Source: a virus
Lineage: Duplodnaviria; Heunggongvirae; Uroviricota; Caudoviricetes
DNA length: 64,000 nt
Strand: one strand, 5' to 3'
Virus record (IMG/VR): IMGVR_UViG_2585427757_000006
Shown: in pieces, positions 40,597 through 50,500 of the stretch
Layout of the letters: the number at the start of each line of letters is the position of its first letter
Numbering within the stretch: the first letter of the stretch is position 1
Notes under the pieces: generated by a model
The model's input: the letters and a program-made list of their open reading frames with translations, nothing else
What the model was told of the DNA's origin: nothing
The model's database searches: none
Position numbers and translations under genes: made by a program

Positions 40597-40768
40597 TCAC
40601 CACTTCCACTGTGCTTTGAAGTCGTTTTCTGTCTTCCTGTTTTGCCTTCTCTTCCATTGCTCGTCGCGCCGCATTCCCGCCCATCGTGTAAGCGCCGACA
40701 AGAACGAAAAGAACGGCAGCCAGCGTAATCAAAGCAACTTTTAGCTTTGTCATCAGGCTGCCTAGCAT
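40517..40768 (-). CDS. inner-membrane spanin (Rz-like)
   Basis: N-terminal TM helix ALITLAAVLFVLVGAY then charged coiled-coil region. Confidence 0.55.
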   Translation of the reverse strand: MLGSLMTKLKVALITLAAVLFVLVGAYTMGGNAARRAMEEKAKQEDRKRLQSTVEVVNETSNKIRQKDASAVHRELYDKWVRH

Positions 40769-40769
40769 A

Positions 40770-41489
40770 TTAGACCATCCCTTTCTGGTGTTTTCTTACC
40801 TGCGACCAGGCAATGAATCCGGCCACAACAATAGTGGCAATACCGAAGATGATGCGTACTGTATCCCCGCTAGAGATATGACCTTGTGCTTTATCCATAG
40901 CAGCGGAAACCTGCGGCATAACATCGGCCAGCTGCGCCAGACCAATACCTGCTGTAACAGTTGCGCCTGCGGTTTCTTTAGTTACAGGAACAGCCTTCAC
41001 GGTTTTCACCGGCTTAACAACGCCAGCTCGACGCAGACCTTCCTCAATAACTTCTGCCGCATACCAGGTGTTCAGCGTTTTTAGCGGACCTCGCCCATTC
41101 TCATGGCGAATGATTGCCTCAACCAAAGGTCGAAGAATGTCGTAATCATGCAGATCGATAATCATGTCTGCGGTTACACCAACGGCTTTAGACACCTCAT
41201 TAATGTAGGCGTCAGTATTGTTTTCATTCGGCGGTGCCCAACGTTCAATAACTTCACGAATGGTATCGATACTTGAGCCGTCTTTTGCGCGACGTTTGTC
41301 GTGGTAGGTAATTAGAGTCACCGCCAGCGCACGAATCCCCCAAACAGGGTCTTTAAACGTGCAAAAGCGCGGTTCGTCTGGATTCGCAACCAGACCTTGC
41401 CACGGTGATCCTTTATCAAGATTACCGGGGTTATTATTACGAATGCCTCTCGGAGTCTTCATCCTTGATCTCCTGTTATTGCAGTCCAC
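40770..41489 (-). CDS. putative endolysin / peptidoglycan hydrolase with a C-terminal hydrophobic segment
   Basis: Directly upstream of the spanin pair; N-terminal GIRNNNPGNL motif; C-terminal IIFGIATIVVAGFIAW. Confidence 0.4.
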   Translation of the reverse strand: MDCNNRRSRMKTPRGIRNNNPGNLDKGSPWQGLVANPDEPRFCTFKDPVWGIRALAVTLITYHDKRRAKDGSSIDTIREVIERWAPPNENNTDAYINEVSKAVGVTADMIIDLHDYDILRPLVEAIIRHENGRGPLKTLNTWYAAEVIEEGLRRAGVVKPVKTVKAVPVTKETAGATVTAGIGLAQLADVMPQVSAAMDKAQGHISSGDTVRIIFGIATIVVAGFIAWSQVRKHQKGMV

Positions 41490-41811
41490 TTTTTACGCCA
41501 TACGCGGCTAACCCCAAAAGCAGTGCGGTAATAATGAACGACGTTATTTTAGAAACAATGCCGCCAAAGAACCCACTTGAGATGGAATCTAACCGGTTAA
41601 GGAGTTTGTCCAGATTGGAGTGTTGAATACTATGTTGCGCCGGGGTCATATCACCAAAGTAGGTTTTCAGCTGATCATTGACCTCCTGGCCAATTTCTTC
41701 ACGTAGCTCTTTACCTAATTTGCCAACAACCTCCCGAGCAACGATCGCGGCAATACGCTCAACTTGCTCTGTTGTAACGCCCGCCATCTCGTTCGACATG
41801 TTTTCCTCCAT
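41476..41811 (-). CDS. putative holin or lysis-associated membrane protein (single C-terminal TM)
   Basis: First gene of the lysis cluster; C-terminal FFGGIVSKITSFIITALLLGLAAYGV. Confidence 0.3.
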   Translation of the reverse strand: MEENMSNEMAGVTTEQVERIAAIVAREVVGKLGKELREEIGQEVNDQLKTYFGDMTPAQHSIQHSNLDKLLNRLDSISSGFFGGIVSKITSFIITALLLGLAAYGVKSGLQ

Positions 41812-41880
41812 GAAAAGTCAAATCGGGATGGCGGATTTATATCACATTTCACCCTTTTGTTGTAGGTGTGTACTTACCTA

Positions 41881-42114
41881 TCATTCAGCATTGCAACCGA
41901 TTGATGAGAAAGCACCTACTCCAACCCATCGCCAGTTATAGATGCTACCCGCTTTGTATAAGGTATAGTCGTTCACTTTTTTAACAGCATATATGGGTAT
42001 GACTGTCTCCTGTCCACCAATGATAGCTTCACCATAACATATAGGTGTCGGCAATTTCTGGCAGCCAGTAAGAGAGAGAACAACAGCTATTGTTAGAAAT
42101 AATCTTTTCATCAT
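41881..42114 (-). CDS. small lipoprotein downstream of the tail-fibre genes (possible Llp/Cor-like exclusion lipoprotein)
   Basis: Signal peptide with lipobox LTGC; 77 aa. Confidence 0.45.
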   Translation of the reverse strand: MMKRLFLTIAVVLSLTGCQKLPTPICYGEAIIGGQETVIPIYAVKKVNDYTLYKAGSIYNWRWVGVGAFSSIGCNAE

Positions 42115-42121
42115 TTACTCA

Positions 42122-42730
42122 TCAGTTATACAGATTTCTATTTATTACCGGTACTCTGCCATTTACGCTAAAACTATGGCCGCCATTAAGTTGGTTTACG
42201 AATATCGAGCTAACAGTATTTCCATATGCCGCATATCCATAAACCATTGTCATGGCTCCGCCCGGTACTGGAACAGCGAACACATTCGCATATGTTGGGA
42301 TTATCGCTGGAGGGTAATCAAAAACATGCCCTCCAGAGCTGTTCCACTCCGTATTATTAAGAAAGGTAAATGAAAGTGGGATATTTGCCGTATTATAGAT
42401 TTCCCCCCCTTGTGCATTGAAAAAACTCATGCCCCAAGTTTCTTTTTTGGCTATACCTTTCGAAAATACGTATATCGTGGCACTAGAGTCGCTACCCTGA
42501 CCTCCGAAACTGTAAATCACCTGGTTGTTACGCACTATTCTGTTGGCTATTAATGAAACAGCTTTCGAATAGGCAACAAAAATAATCGGTGAACGATCTG
42601 GAGATATTTTGGTGTTAAACTCTGTCCCGCCGGACAAAGAAACAACCTGCTTTCTCTGAAAAACGATAGGAGACAAAGAAGGAGACATCCAGACCTTCCC
42701 GTCAGATCGATATATCTTGCTTCCGTACAT
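42122..42730 (-). CDS. tail-fibre-associated protein (202 aa)
   Basis: ORF track; follows the tail-fibre gene; Gly/Ser/Asn-rich. Confidence 0.4.
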   Translation of the reverse strand: MYGSKIYRSDGKVWMSPSLSPIVFQRKQVVSLSGGTEFNTKISPDRSPIIFVAYSKAVSLIANRIVRNNQVIYSFGGQGSDSSATIYVFSKGIAKKETWGMSFFNAQGGEIYNTANIPLSFTFLNNTEWNSSGGHVFDYPPAIIPTYANVFAVPVPGGAMTMVYGYAAYGNTVSSIFVNQLNGGHSFSVNGRVPVINRNLYN

Positions 42731-42984
42731 TATTTTTGAAAAACCAATATGTTTAAATTACCACTAGCTCCAGACCACGAAATGGTATTTCCAGAAACCG
42801 TAAGACTTGTGTACTTTCCATTGGTTACGTCCATTATGTAATAGTCGATTCCCAATCCCGCCTCAACCTCATATGTTCTACTTCCTGAACCAGAGGGAGT
42901 AAAATAATCGAGGTAATAAACAGGGGCCAACGCATTGACCATCTCCTGTCTTGATGGCGACCAAACCTGTGCACCATAGCTCAT
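42730..42984 (-). CDS. tail-fibre-associated protein (84 aa)
   Basis: ORF track; start overlaps neighbour. Confidence 0.4.
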   Translation of the reverse strand: MSYGAQVWSPSRQEMVNALAPVYYLDYFTPSGSGSRTYEVEAGLGIDYYIMDVTNGKYTSLTVSGNTISWSGASGNLNILVFQK

Positions 42985-43044
42985 AAATATATCCTTATAC
43001 TTTTAAGCAGGGGCTGGTTTAGCTCCAGCCCCGATTGAAGTTGT

Positions 43045-46000
43045 TTATTCTTTAGGTGAATTTAACTTCGTTTCAAGCTCCTCAACCCTTTTGGTCAATT
43101 GCTGAATATGATGAATGAGTGGTACAACCAAACGCTCATACATCACTCCTTCAGCGACCATACCATTTGAGGAAATATCTTCTGGAGAATCATTATTTGT
43201 TGGTTCACGCCAATGGACATATTGCGGGGCAATCTCACCAACCTCTTCAGCAATAAGGCCGTAATACCCCCAATCCTTTCGGTCACCTCGACAAATTGAA
43301 CGATACCAAACAGGTCTTAATGACAAAAGTTCATCAGCATATCGATCTTGTAATGTTTCAATATCCTTTTTATAGCGCCTTGAAGACGTTGAACGCCAAA
43401 CTGTATTGATACCTGGGTTTGGATCAATGTACATATTGGCACCGCTAGTAGTTGTGCCAATATCCCATATAGCAAACCCTCCACTACCGCCTGATTTGAC
43501 AACCAGTGTTTCAGCAACAATATCCAGGTTGCCACTATAGCCTGTCAGTGATGATCTGCTTGCATAGGAGCTTAGAAGGTTTGCTACCTCTGTTTTCGTG
43601 TAAGCATTAAGGTTAGCCGCAGTCAAAGTTATATCGGCAGAGCCATCAAACGCCACACCAGCAATTTTCCTTGCTGTCTGCAATTTTGTGGCGGTTGCGG
43701 CATTACCAGTAGTGTTCTGATTACCAGTTGTATTCACACCAGGGATTGAATCCTTAGCGGTATATACCTGCGCCCACGCTGACCATGCTGCACCTGTGTT
43801 ATCTCTTCGTGAGCGAATGAAAACTGGCGCATGTGCACCGCTCGTACCACTCCAGCCAATAAGCAACTCGCCCTCACCAGCAGCACTCGCACCTTTCATG
43901 TGCAATACGTTGCCATACGTGGTCGGGTAGCTATTGTTGTACGCCTCATACATTTGAATGCCAGCAGTGCCTTGAGTAGAGCCGCTTAACGCCGTAACTC
44001 GGCCACGAGATACCAATGTATTAATGTTGATATCGCCTGAACCATCAAACTTAACACCATTGATGTTTCTCGCTGTTTGCAACTTCGTAGCTGTTGAAGC
44101 ATTACCGTTCAAACTACCATTTACGCCACCAGTCACATTTAGTCCATTACCAATTGATACAGCACCGCTGGTATTATTAATTGTAATCGGTCGCAAACCG
44201 TTCCATGAACCTAATGTGTCTCCTGATGCTGTTAGCAGGAAATATGTGTTCGCCCCATCATTACGGATAAAGAACCCATAGTTACCGTAAGCAATGCGGA
44301 AACCATTTGCATATTTTGAAACGATCTCACCAGAAGACGTTACCCCCCCAGATAATGTGCCACCTGAAAGCGGTAATGCTCCTACATCAGAAGCTGTTGG
44401 TTTGTTTCTGGTGTTATAAGAACGACGCCAGCCTGGCGCATAATCACTTCCATTGTACACATAAATAAATTCCGCATTATTAACACCACCATGACCCGAT
44501 GTTGTTGTCGTTGTAACACGAATAGTGTAATGGCTTGTTGCCTTATTACTAAACACCTCAATCACGGAACCAGATAGATCGATCCTACCGCAACCAGTGT
44601 CGTCTATATAATTATTGTTGGCGTAAGCCCATGAGCACCGTGCAATCCAATATTTGTTTGAAAATGCACCCTGATTATTTAGCCACGTTATAAACTGAGC
44701 AGTCGTAAATGCTGTTCCGTTACCACTATTTAACCATCCGGCGGCAGCGGTTGGTGCGTTTATATCAGCCGGCTGAGGCATAAATCCAGTCGTGTAAACC
44801 TGCTCCCAACCACTTTCAAAACCATAGCCATCTCTTGAGGAACGGTAGAACAGACCACCATTTTTATAGTGAGCTTTAATTTGAAGCGTACGGCAACTAC
44901 CTACACCGGTATAAAAGTTGGCAAGAATATAACTAGCGCCTGCTCTAGTTACATTGTAAGCACCAGATTCAGCATTCCACGGCACGCCACCATCAGCATC
45001 CGCATATGTATCCGTTGCCCTTCTGGCAAAAGCAGCCACATGCGCGGCGGTTAAAGTGATATCTTTGGAACCATCAAACTCAACACCAGAAACCCGTCTT
45101 GGCGTTTGCAGCTTTGTTGCTGTTAATGCATTACCGTTCAGACTTGCGGACAGTTTGGTTCCAATAACCAGTTCGCCGGTTGCGTTATCAATAGCAAACG
45201 GTCTTAATGTATTCCAGCCACCATAAACATCACCTTGATTGGTAAGCAGCAGGTAAGTTTTAGCGCCATCATTACGCCATAATGCCCCATACTCCCCACC
45301 TATCATTCGAATCTGATTACCACCACGCGCTACAATTTCGTCTGTGGCAAAAAGTTTTTTGCACGACAAGTTATCGTTAACGATTAACGAATGAGACTCA
45401 TAAAAACCACGCCCACTCTTAAAATCAAGGATAACGTCCGCCGCGATACATTCAATCGCCGGATTTGTTGCCCCAAACTTATAGGTCGTATCATTAACAA
45501 CGAGATCCGCACCAGGTGCGGATATTGACAGGCCATCTTCAATAAACGCAAAAACAGGGAAAGCAGCACCATCAACATAGAACACAGAGCGCAAATCATC
45601 GCCCTTATTACTCATCATTATTGAGTGGATGGCTCGTTCATTGTTTTGATATTGCCAGAACATTCCATAAGCATAACGCCCCCTGTCAGTCCAGCCACCA
45701 GGCATAACAAATCCGTTAAACTCGCAGTTATTCATCGGATCGCCTGCGGTTCGCGTTGCCGTGGTGATAATGACCCTTGATGCCAGTTCGCTTACTGAGC
45801 CAGCAGAACGCATAACAACAACAGGGTAATATTTTCCAGATGTTGCACCTGCAGGAGCGTTAACCCGCACATAACGCATACCACGCTTATCAGCAAAGTC
45901 TGTTTTACTGACCGCGTTAATGTTGTTCAGGAAGCGTCCCTTATCGGGTATATCAGCGCCGTTCTGGTCTTTCTGCAGACGTTTCTCTGCATTGTCATAG

Positions 46001-47466
46001 GCTGATTTTACTGCCTTTGGCGTTGCCGCCAGCGTCTCAGACGTACTGTTGGTCGCACTGCTGAGCTGTACTATCCCCTTTTTCGTCGTACTTGCATCCT
46101 CAAGCGCCACGGCGGATGCAATATCCTCTGCCCGTTTTGCCGCTGTCTCGGCGCGCGTTGCCGCGGATTCCGCCGTACTTTTGCTCTGTGCTGCCGCCGT
46201 CGCACTGCCAGCTGCCTCTGTCGCCTTCGTGGATGCTGTCGTGGCGCTGCCCTTCGCTGCGGACGCTTGTCTGGTCGCCTCATCTTTTGAAGCAGACGCC
46301 GATGATGCCGATGACGCTGCCGAACTGGCGGACGATGCGGCTGCCGTTTTTGAGGATTCTGCACGGGTTTCCGACGCTTTCGCGTTCGTTTCGGATGTCT
46401 TCGCTGCGGAAGCAGACCTCGCTGCTGCGCTGGCCTGTTCAGTGGCTTCGCCAGCCTTCGTTGTGGCTGTTGAAGCAGACGATGCGGCACTTTCTGCCGA
46501 TTTTCCGGCGGCGGTGGCACTGGCTGAGGCCTGCCCGGCACTTGTTGACGCGGCACTTGCAGACGACGCAGCCGCTGTTTTTGAGCCTGCCGCAGCCGAG
46601 GCGCTCTGTCCCGCTGCCGTTTCAGAAGACCTGGCGTTCGTCTCGGACGTTTTTGCCGCCTTCGCGGAATTTCCTGCCGCCGTTGCCGAGGAAGCGGCAT
46701 TACTGGCGCTCGAGGCTGCGTTCGTTTCTGATGATTTCGCTGCCTCTTTTGAGGCCGCCGCATCCCGGGCTGAGGTGGCAGCTTCTGACGCCTTCGTGGT
46801 CGCGGTGGATGCAGAAGTGGCTGCAGATTTTTGTGACGCTGCAGCATTCGTTTCAGATTTTTTCGCAGCAGTTGCACTCGCACTTGCGGCACTTTGTGAG
46901 GATGCCGCAGCGGATGCACTTTGAGACGCTTGAGAGGCTTTTTCTCCAGCGGCATTGGCGCTTTTTGCTGCTGCGGCAGCACTGGCCGCCGCCTCACGAG
47001 CTTTGTCGCCAGCAGCATCAATCGCGTCAGTGTTATTTTTATACCACTCAACGTTTTCGTTGTGCTCGTTGACGATCTGCATTAGCGGCTTAACGGTCAC
47101 TTCTGTACCGTCTTCACGCTCGATTGTCACCTCATCCAGCGCAGTCAACCAACTGCGTATGGACTTGGAATCAGCCGACATACGCGACATTAGCGCAGTA
47201 AAACGCGCGCTAAACTGTGTTAAGTCGCCTTCATAGGTCGTAATGATTCGGCACGGAACCTCAGACTGAGTTTCGCCGGTATAAGGTTCTGAGAGAACAA
47301 TATTCGTATCGCTTATTACGCGCTTGATCTCATACAGCTTATTGTCGGGGCCAATGACGATCATCCCCGGCAACACACCATTAGCTGTTACGTTCCAGGC
47401 TGTCCCTGCCCCAACCAGAGTATTGCTACCATGTGTAAATGTGATAGTACCTTCCCTGTACCACAT
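43045..47466 (-). CDS. long tail fibre protein (1473 aa) with Ala/Ser-rich repeat region, three tail-fibre repeat units and a C-terminal self-cleaving chaperone (peptidase S74-like) domain
   Basis: ~320-aa low-complexity SETNA-type repeats; three ...TATKLQT.R...GV.FDGS.DI... units; C-terminal SSRRYKKDI and YYGLIAEEVGEIAPQYV. Confidence 0.85.
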   Translation of the reverse strand: MWYREGTITFTHGSNTLVGAGTAWNVTANGVLPGMIVIGPDNKLYEIKRVISDTNIVLSEPYTGETQSEVPCRIITTYEGDLTQFSARFTALMSRMSADSKSIRSWLTALDEVTIEREDGTEVTVKPLMQIVNEHNENVEWYKNNTDAIDAAGDKAREAAASAAAAAKSANAAGEKASQASQSASAAASSQSAASASATAAKKSETNAAASQKSAATSASTATTKASEAATSARDAAASKEAAKSSETNAASSASNAASSATAAGNSAKAAKTSETNARSSETAAGQSASAAAGSKTAAASSASAASTSAGQASASATAAGKSAESAASSASTATTKAGEATEQASAAARSASAAKTSETNAKASETRAESSKTAAASSASSAASSASSASASKDEATRQASAAKGSATTASTKATEAAGSATAAAQSKSTAESAATRAETAAKRAEDIASAVALEDASTTKKGIVQLSSATNSTSETLAATPKAVKSAYDNAEKRLQKDQNGADIPDKGRFLNNINAVSKTDFADKRGMRYVRVNAPAGATSGKYYPVVVMRSAGSVSELASRVIITTATRTAGDPMNNCEFNGFVMPGGWTDRGRYAYGMFWQYQNNERAIHSIMMSNKGDDLRSVFYVDGAAFPVFAFIEDGLSISAPGADLVVNDTTYKFGATNPAIECIAADVILDFKSGRGFYESHSLIVNDNLSCKKLFATDEIVARGGNQIRMIGGEYGALWRNDGAKTYLLLTNQGDVYGGWNTLRPFAIDNATGELVIGTKLSASLNGNALTATKLQTPRRVSGVEFDGSKDITLTAAHVAAFARRATDTYADADGGVPWNAESGAYNVTRAGASYILANFYTGVGSCRTLQIKAHYKNGGLFYRSSRDGYGFESGWEQVYTTGFMPQPADINAPTAAAGWLNSGNGTAFTTAQFITWLNNQGAFSNKYWIARCSWAYANNNYIDDTGCGRIDLSGSVIEVFSNKATSHYTIRVTTTTTSGHGGVNNAEFIYVYNGSDYAPGWRRSYNTRNKPTASDVGALPLSGGTLSGGVTSSGEIVSKYANGFRIAYGNYGFFIRNDGANTYFLLTASGDTLGSWNGLRPITINNTSGAVSIGNGLNVTGGVNGSLNGNASTATKLQTARNINGVKFDGSGDININTLVSRGRVTALSGSTQGTAGIQMYEAYNNSYPTTYGNVLHMKGASAAGEGELLIGWSGTSGAHAPVFIRSRRDNTGAAWSAWAQVYTAKDSIPGVNTTGNQNTTGNAATATKLQTARKIAGVAFDGSADITLTAANLNAYTKTEVANLLSSYASRSSLTGYSGNLDIVAETLVVKSGGSGGFAIWDIGTTTSGANMYIDPNPGINTVWRSTSSRRYKKDIETLQDRYADELLSLRPVWYRSICRGDRKDWGYYGLIAEEVGEIAPQYVHWREPTNNDSPEDISSNGMVAEGVMYERLVVPLIHHIQQLTKRVEELETKLNSPKE

Positions 47467-47559
47467 GTTGAATATGCTCCTTGATTTGGCGGGTTATCCT
47501 TGCCCGCCATTAAGTAAATACTTACCTATTTTTACCGATATAAAATTTTTTTTCCACCA

Positions 47560-50500
47560 TCACAGACGGCCAATTCTTACTCGTAGGACGTTGTTATCGT
47601 CATAAACGTCAATCCGCTGACCATTTATAACCAATCGCCCATTGCCGCCGCTATTACCGTTGATCTCCAGCGTTCCATTTTTGCCGAACCGCCATCCAGA
47701 TCTACCGCTAACAAAATTGGTAGATTGCAGATCGCCTACTTTTGCATTGGTGATTGTGCCATCCTTGATATACGCTCCATTCATATAGGCGATACTGTTT
47801 TCGATAACAAATGGCGTTGTGATCTTCCCGTTAACAGAGTTGACCAAACCAAACCTGTCCGCCTGAACCAAAAACTGAGATAGCCCAGTGGTGTCAATAC
47901 CAAGCGCAATACCGGCAACATACTTCTGCCCTCCGCTCGTTGAAGTCTCCATTTTCAACGTCCACGCGGTTGACACTTTTTTGTTGGTATCAGCAATAGC
48001 TGTTGCCTGCTGTTGAATTGTCGCGGTATTTCCATTCACCTCTGCTTTCAGAGTATCGATTCGCCCACTCAGAGCATTATCTGCCTGCGTTCTCGCTTTC
48101 GTTTCAGTTGTGACCGCCGCGGAAATGTTGGCTGCCGTTTGAGACTCTAAGTTTGTGATTTGAGTCGCCAATGCAGCATCTTGCTCTGTACGCGTTTTCG
48201 TTTCGGTTGCTACAGCCGCTTTAATATCCTCTTTGTATTGAGAGGTCAGCTTGGTGATCTGAGACGACAACGCCGAGTCAGCATCAGTTCGAGCCTGCGT
48301 TTCAACTGCAACGGCCGCACTAATATCTTTCGCTGTCTGTGCTTTTAAACTTGAAACCTCTTTTGTTAAAGCGGTATCACCATCTGCACGAGCCGTTGTT
48401 TCTCTGGCAAGAGACGCCTTGAGATCATTAGCTTTTGCTGTAAGAGACGTAATCTGGGTAGACAATGCACTATCGGCATCAGTCCTTGCTTTTGTCTCTA
48501 CAGCAACCGCTGCGGCAATATCAGTTCCGGTTTGTGCTCGCAGGCTGTTAATTTCTCGTGAGAGCGCCTGGTCAGCACTTGCTCTGGCCTCCTGCTCCTG
48601 AGTGATGGCAGCGGATATATCACCGTCAACCTTTGACTGAAGCTGGTTTATTTGTTTGGCTAACGCAGAGTCCCCGCTTGCTCGGGCCTCCTGCTCACTA
48701 CGTATTGCAGCAGAAATATCATCATCAACCTTTGCCTGAAGTTGGGTGATCTGGCTTGCCAGAGCCGAATCTTCCGTTACTCGGGCTTCTTGCTCTTCCT
48801 TAATAGCTGCGACGATATCGTTGCTTACTTTCGACTCAAGCTGAGTGATCTGTGTCGTCAGAGCTTCATCGGCAGATGTACGAGCCTCCTGCTCTGTACT
48901 AATCGCCGCGCTGATATCTCCTTCAAACTTAGATTGCAGCTGAGTGACACGCTTTGCCAACGCTTCATCGCCATCGGCACGAGCGGTGGACTCTTCCAGA
49001 ATACTGGCCTTAATGTCTTCGCCAATTTCTACGCGAATTTCCTCAACCTTCGTGGCCATTGCAGACATATCATCAGCAAAGGTTTTCTGTGTTGTTGCGA
49101 TCTTCGCGTTATTGACCATCTGCTTGTGCTGGTCTTCATCTTGACGAAGAGCCAGGTCAATATTTGTTTTGGCCAAAGCCTCAATGTTCGTAGTCAGTTC
49201 TGCACTGGCACGATCGACCTCTGCAACCGTCTTTTTCATTTCTTCAACGGCAGCGGAGCTTTCCTCTACCGTTGACTGCAACACTTCCAGTTGTTTAGCG
49301 TTTGCAGCATCCCCTTCAACACGAGCCTCGCTTTCCTTAGCAATAAGAGCCGCCGCTTCGTCTCTTGCAGCCTTTATTGCCTCGACTGTATTAGCGAGAG
49401 CTTTATCGTGTTCAGATACGGTGTTTTCGATTTCAACAATTGCAGCATCAGTAGCATCAATTTTTTCAAACGCTTCATTGACCTTGTCGATCGTTGCCGA
49501 AACCTCACCTTTAAGCTCGGTTTGTGCGTTCTCCAAAGCATCGCTACGCTCGTTGAATTTTATTTCAAAACCCGCGAGGTTATCGCTGAACTGCTTATCT
49601 AATTCAGCTATATCTTCCTTAACGTCGTTTACCGACCCCTCCAAAGATTCGACGCTCTGGTTGATATGCTCATTTAACTCGTCAACTGCTTCTTGAGAGA
49701 CTTTGCTGTTGATGTCCTCAAGCAGAGCCTGACCAAGCTCGGAAGATGTAATTTTGCCAGTCAGGAACGACAGTACATCGCGAGTTGTCGCCTCTGTTCC
49801 CAAGTTTGAGTTCGGAGGACTTAACATACCTCGCTTGTTCGATGCTCGAACCCAGTAATACCACGTTTCGCTATCCCCAAGACCAGCATGTGTAAAGGTG
49901 GTGCTTGCAGACTCTGCGATCAGTTTCGCCGTATCCAGATTGTTGGTCTGGGATGCGTAAACATTAATGTGATCAAGGTCTACCGAATCTGGATTAACCC
50001 AATTCAGTATCACATTACGATAGTCTCCAACGGCCGTTAATGACGTTGGGGCATCTGGCGGTGTCATTGTGCCCAACACCTGATAAACGGTACTGATAAT
50101 CTCTGTTTTTTTACCGTTGAATGAAACCGCATACAGCTGGAAGTCGTAGCGTCCATTCTCCGCGACATTAACGATTTCGTATTGCTCTTCGGTTACACGC
50201 GCCGATTGCCAGTTCGATACATTGTTTTCATCAGAACGTCGCCAACTGATCCAATACTCTGGAGATTTCCCTTCCCATGTTGCAGTCAGTTTTACTGACA
50301 GGTTGCCCGGGCTTGAGAGGTAAGTCCCTTCAGTGATTTGCAAATTAGACGGCTTGGAGTAAGTCGGGTCCAATACCGTCGTATTCTGCGGGATAAGCGT
50401 TGCACCATTGTCGATCGCCTCATATTTAGACGGATTGTTTTCAACAGCGGTGATGTCAAAGCTACCCGACGTTTCCCCCTGAGCGATGTTAACGATGCGA

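Noticed and set aside
46049-47072. Three long ORFs (46049-46924 +, 46071-47051 -, 46092-47072 +) overlapping the tail fibre gene
   Set aside because: They are Ala/Arg/Pro-rich translations of the GC-rich Ala/Ser repeat DNA in the wrong frame or strand; the tail fibre frame is continuous with conserved flanking domains
46050-49700. CRISPR array suggested by regular tandem repeats
   Set aside because: The repeats are in-frame coding repeats within the tail fibre and J-like genes, not short direct repeats with unique spacers; no cas genes
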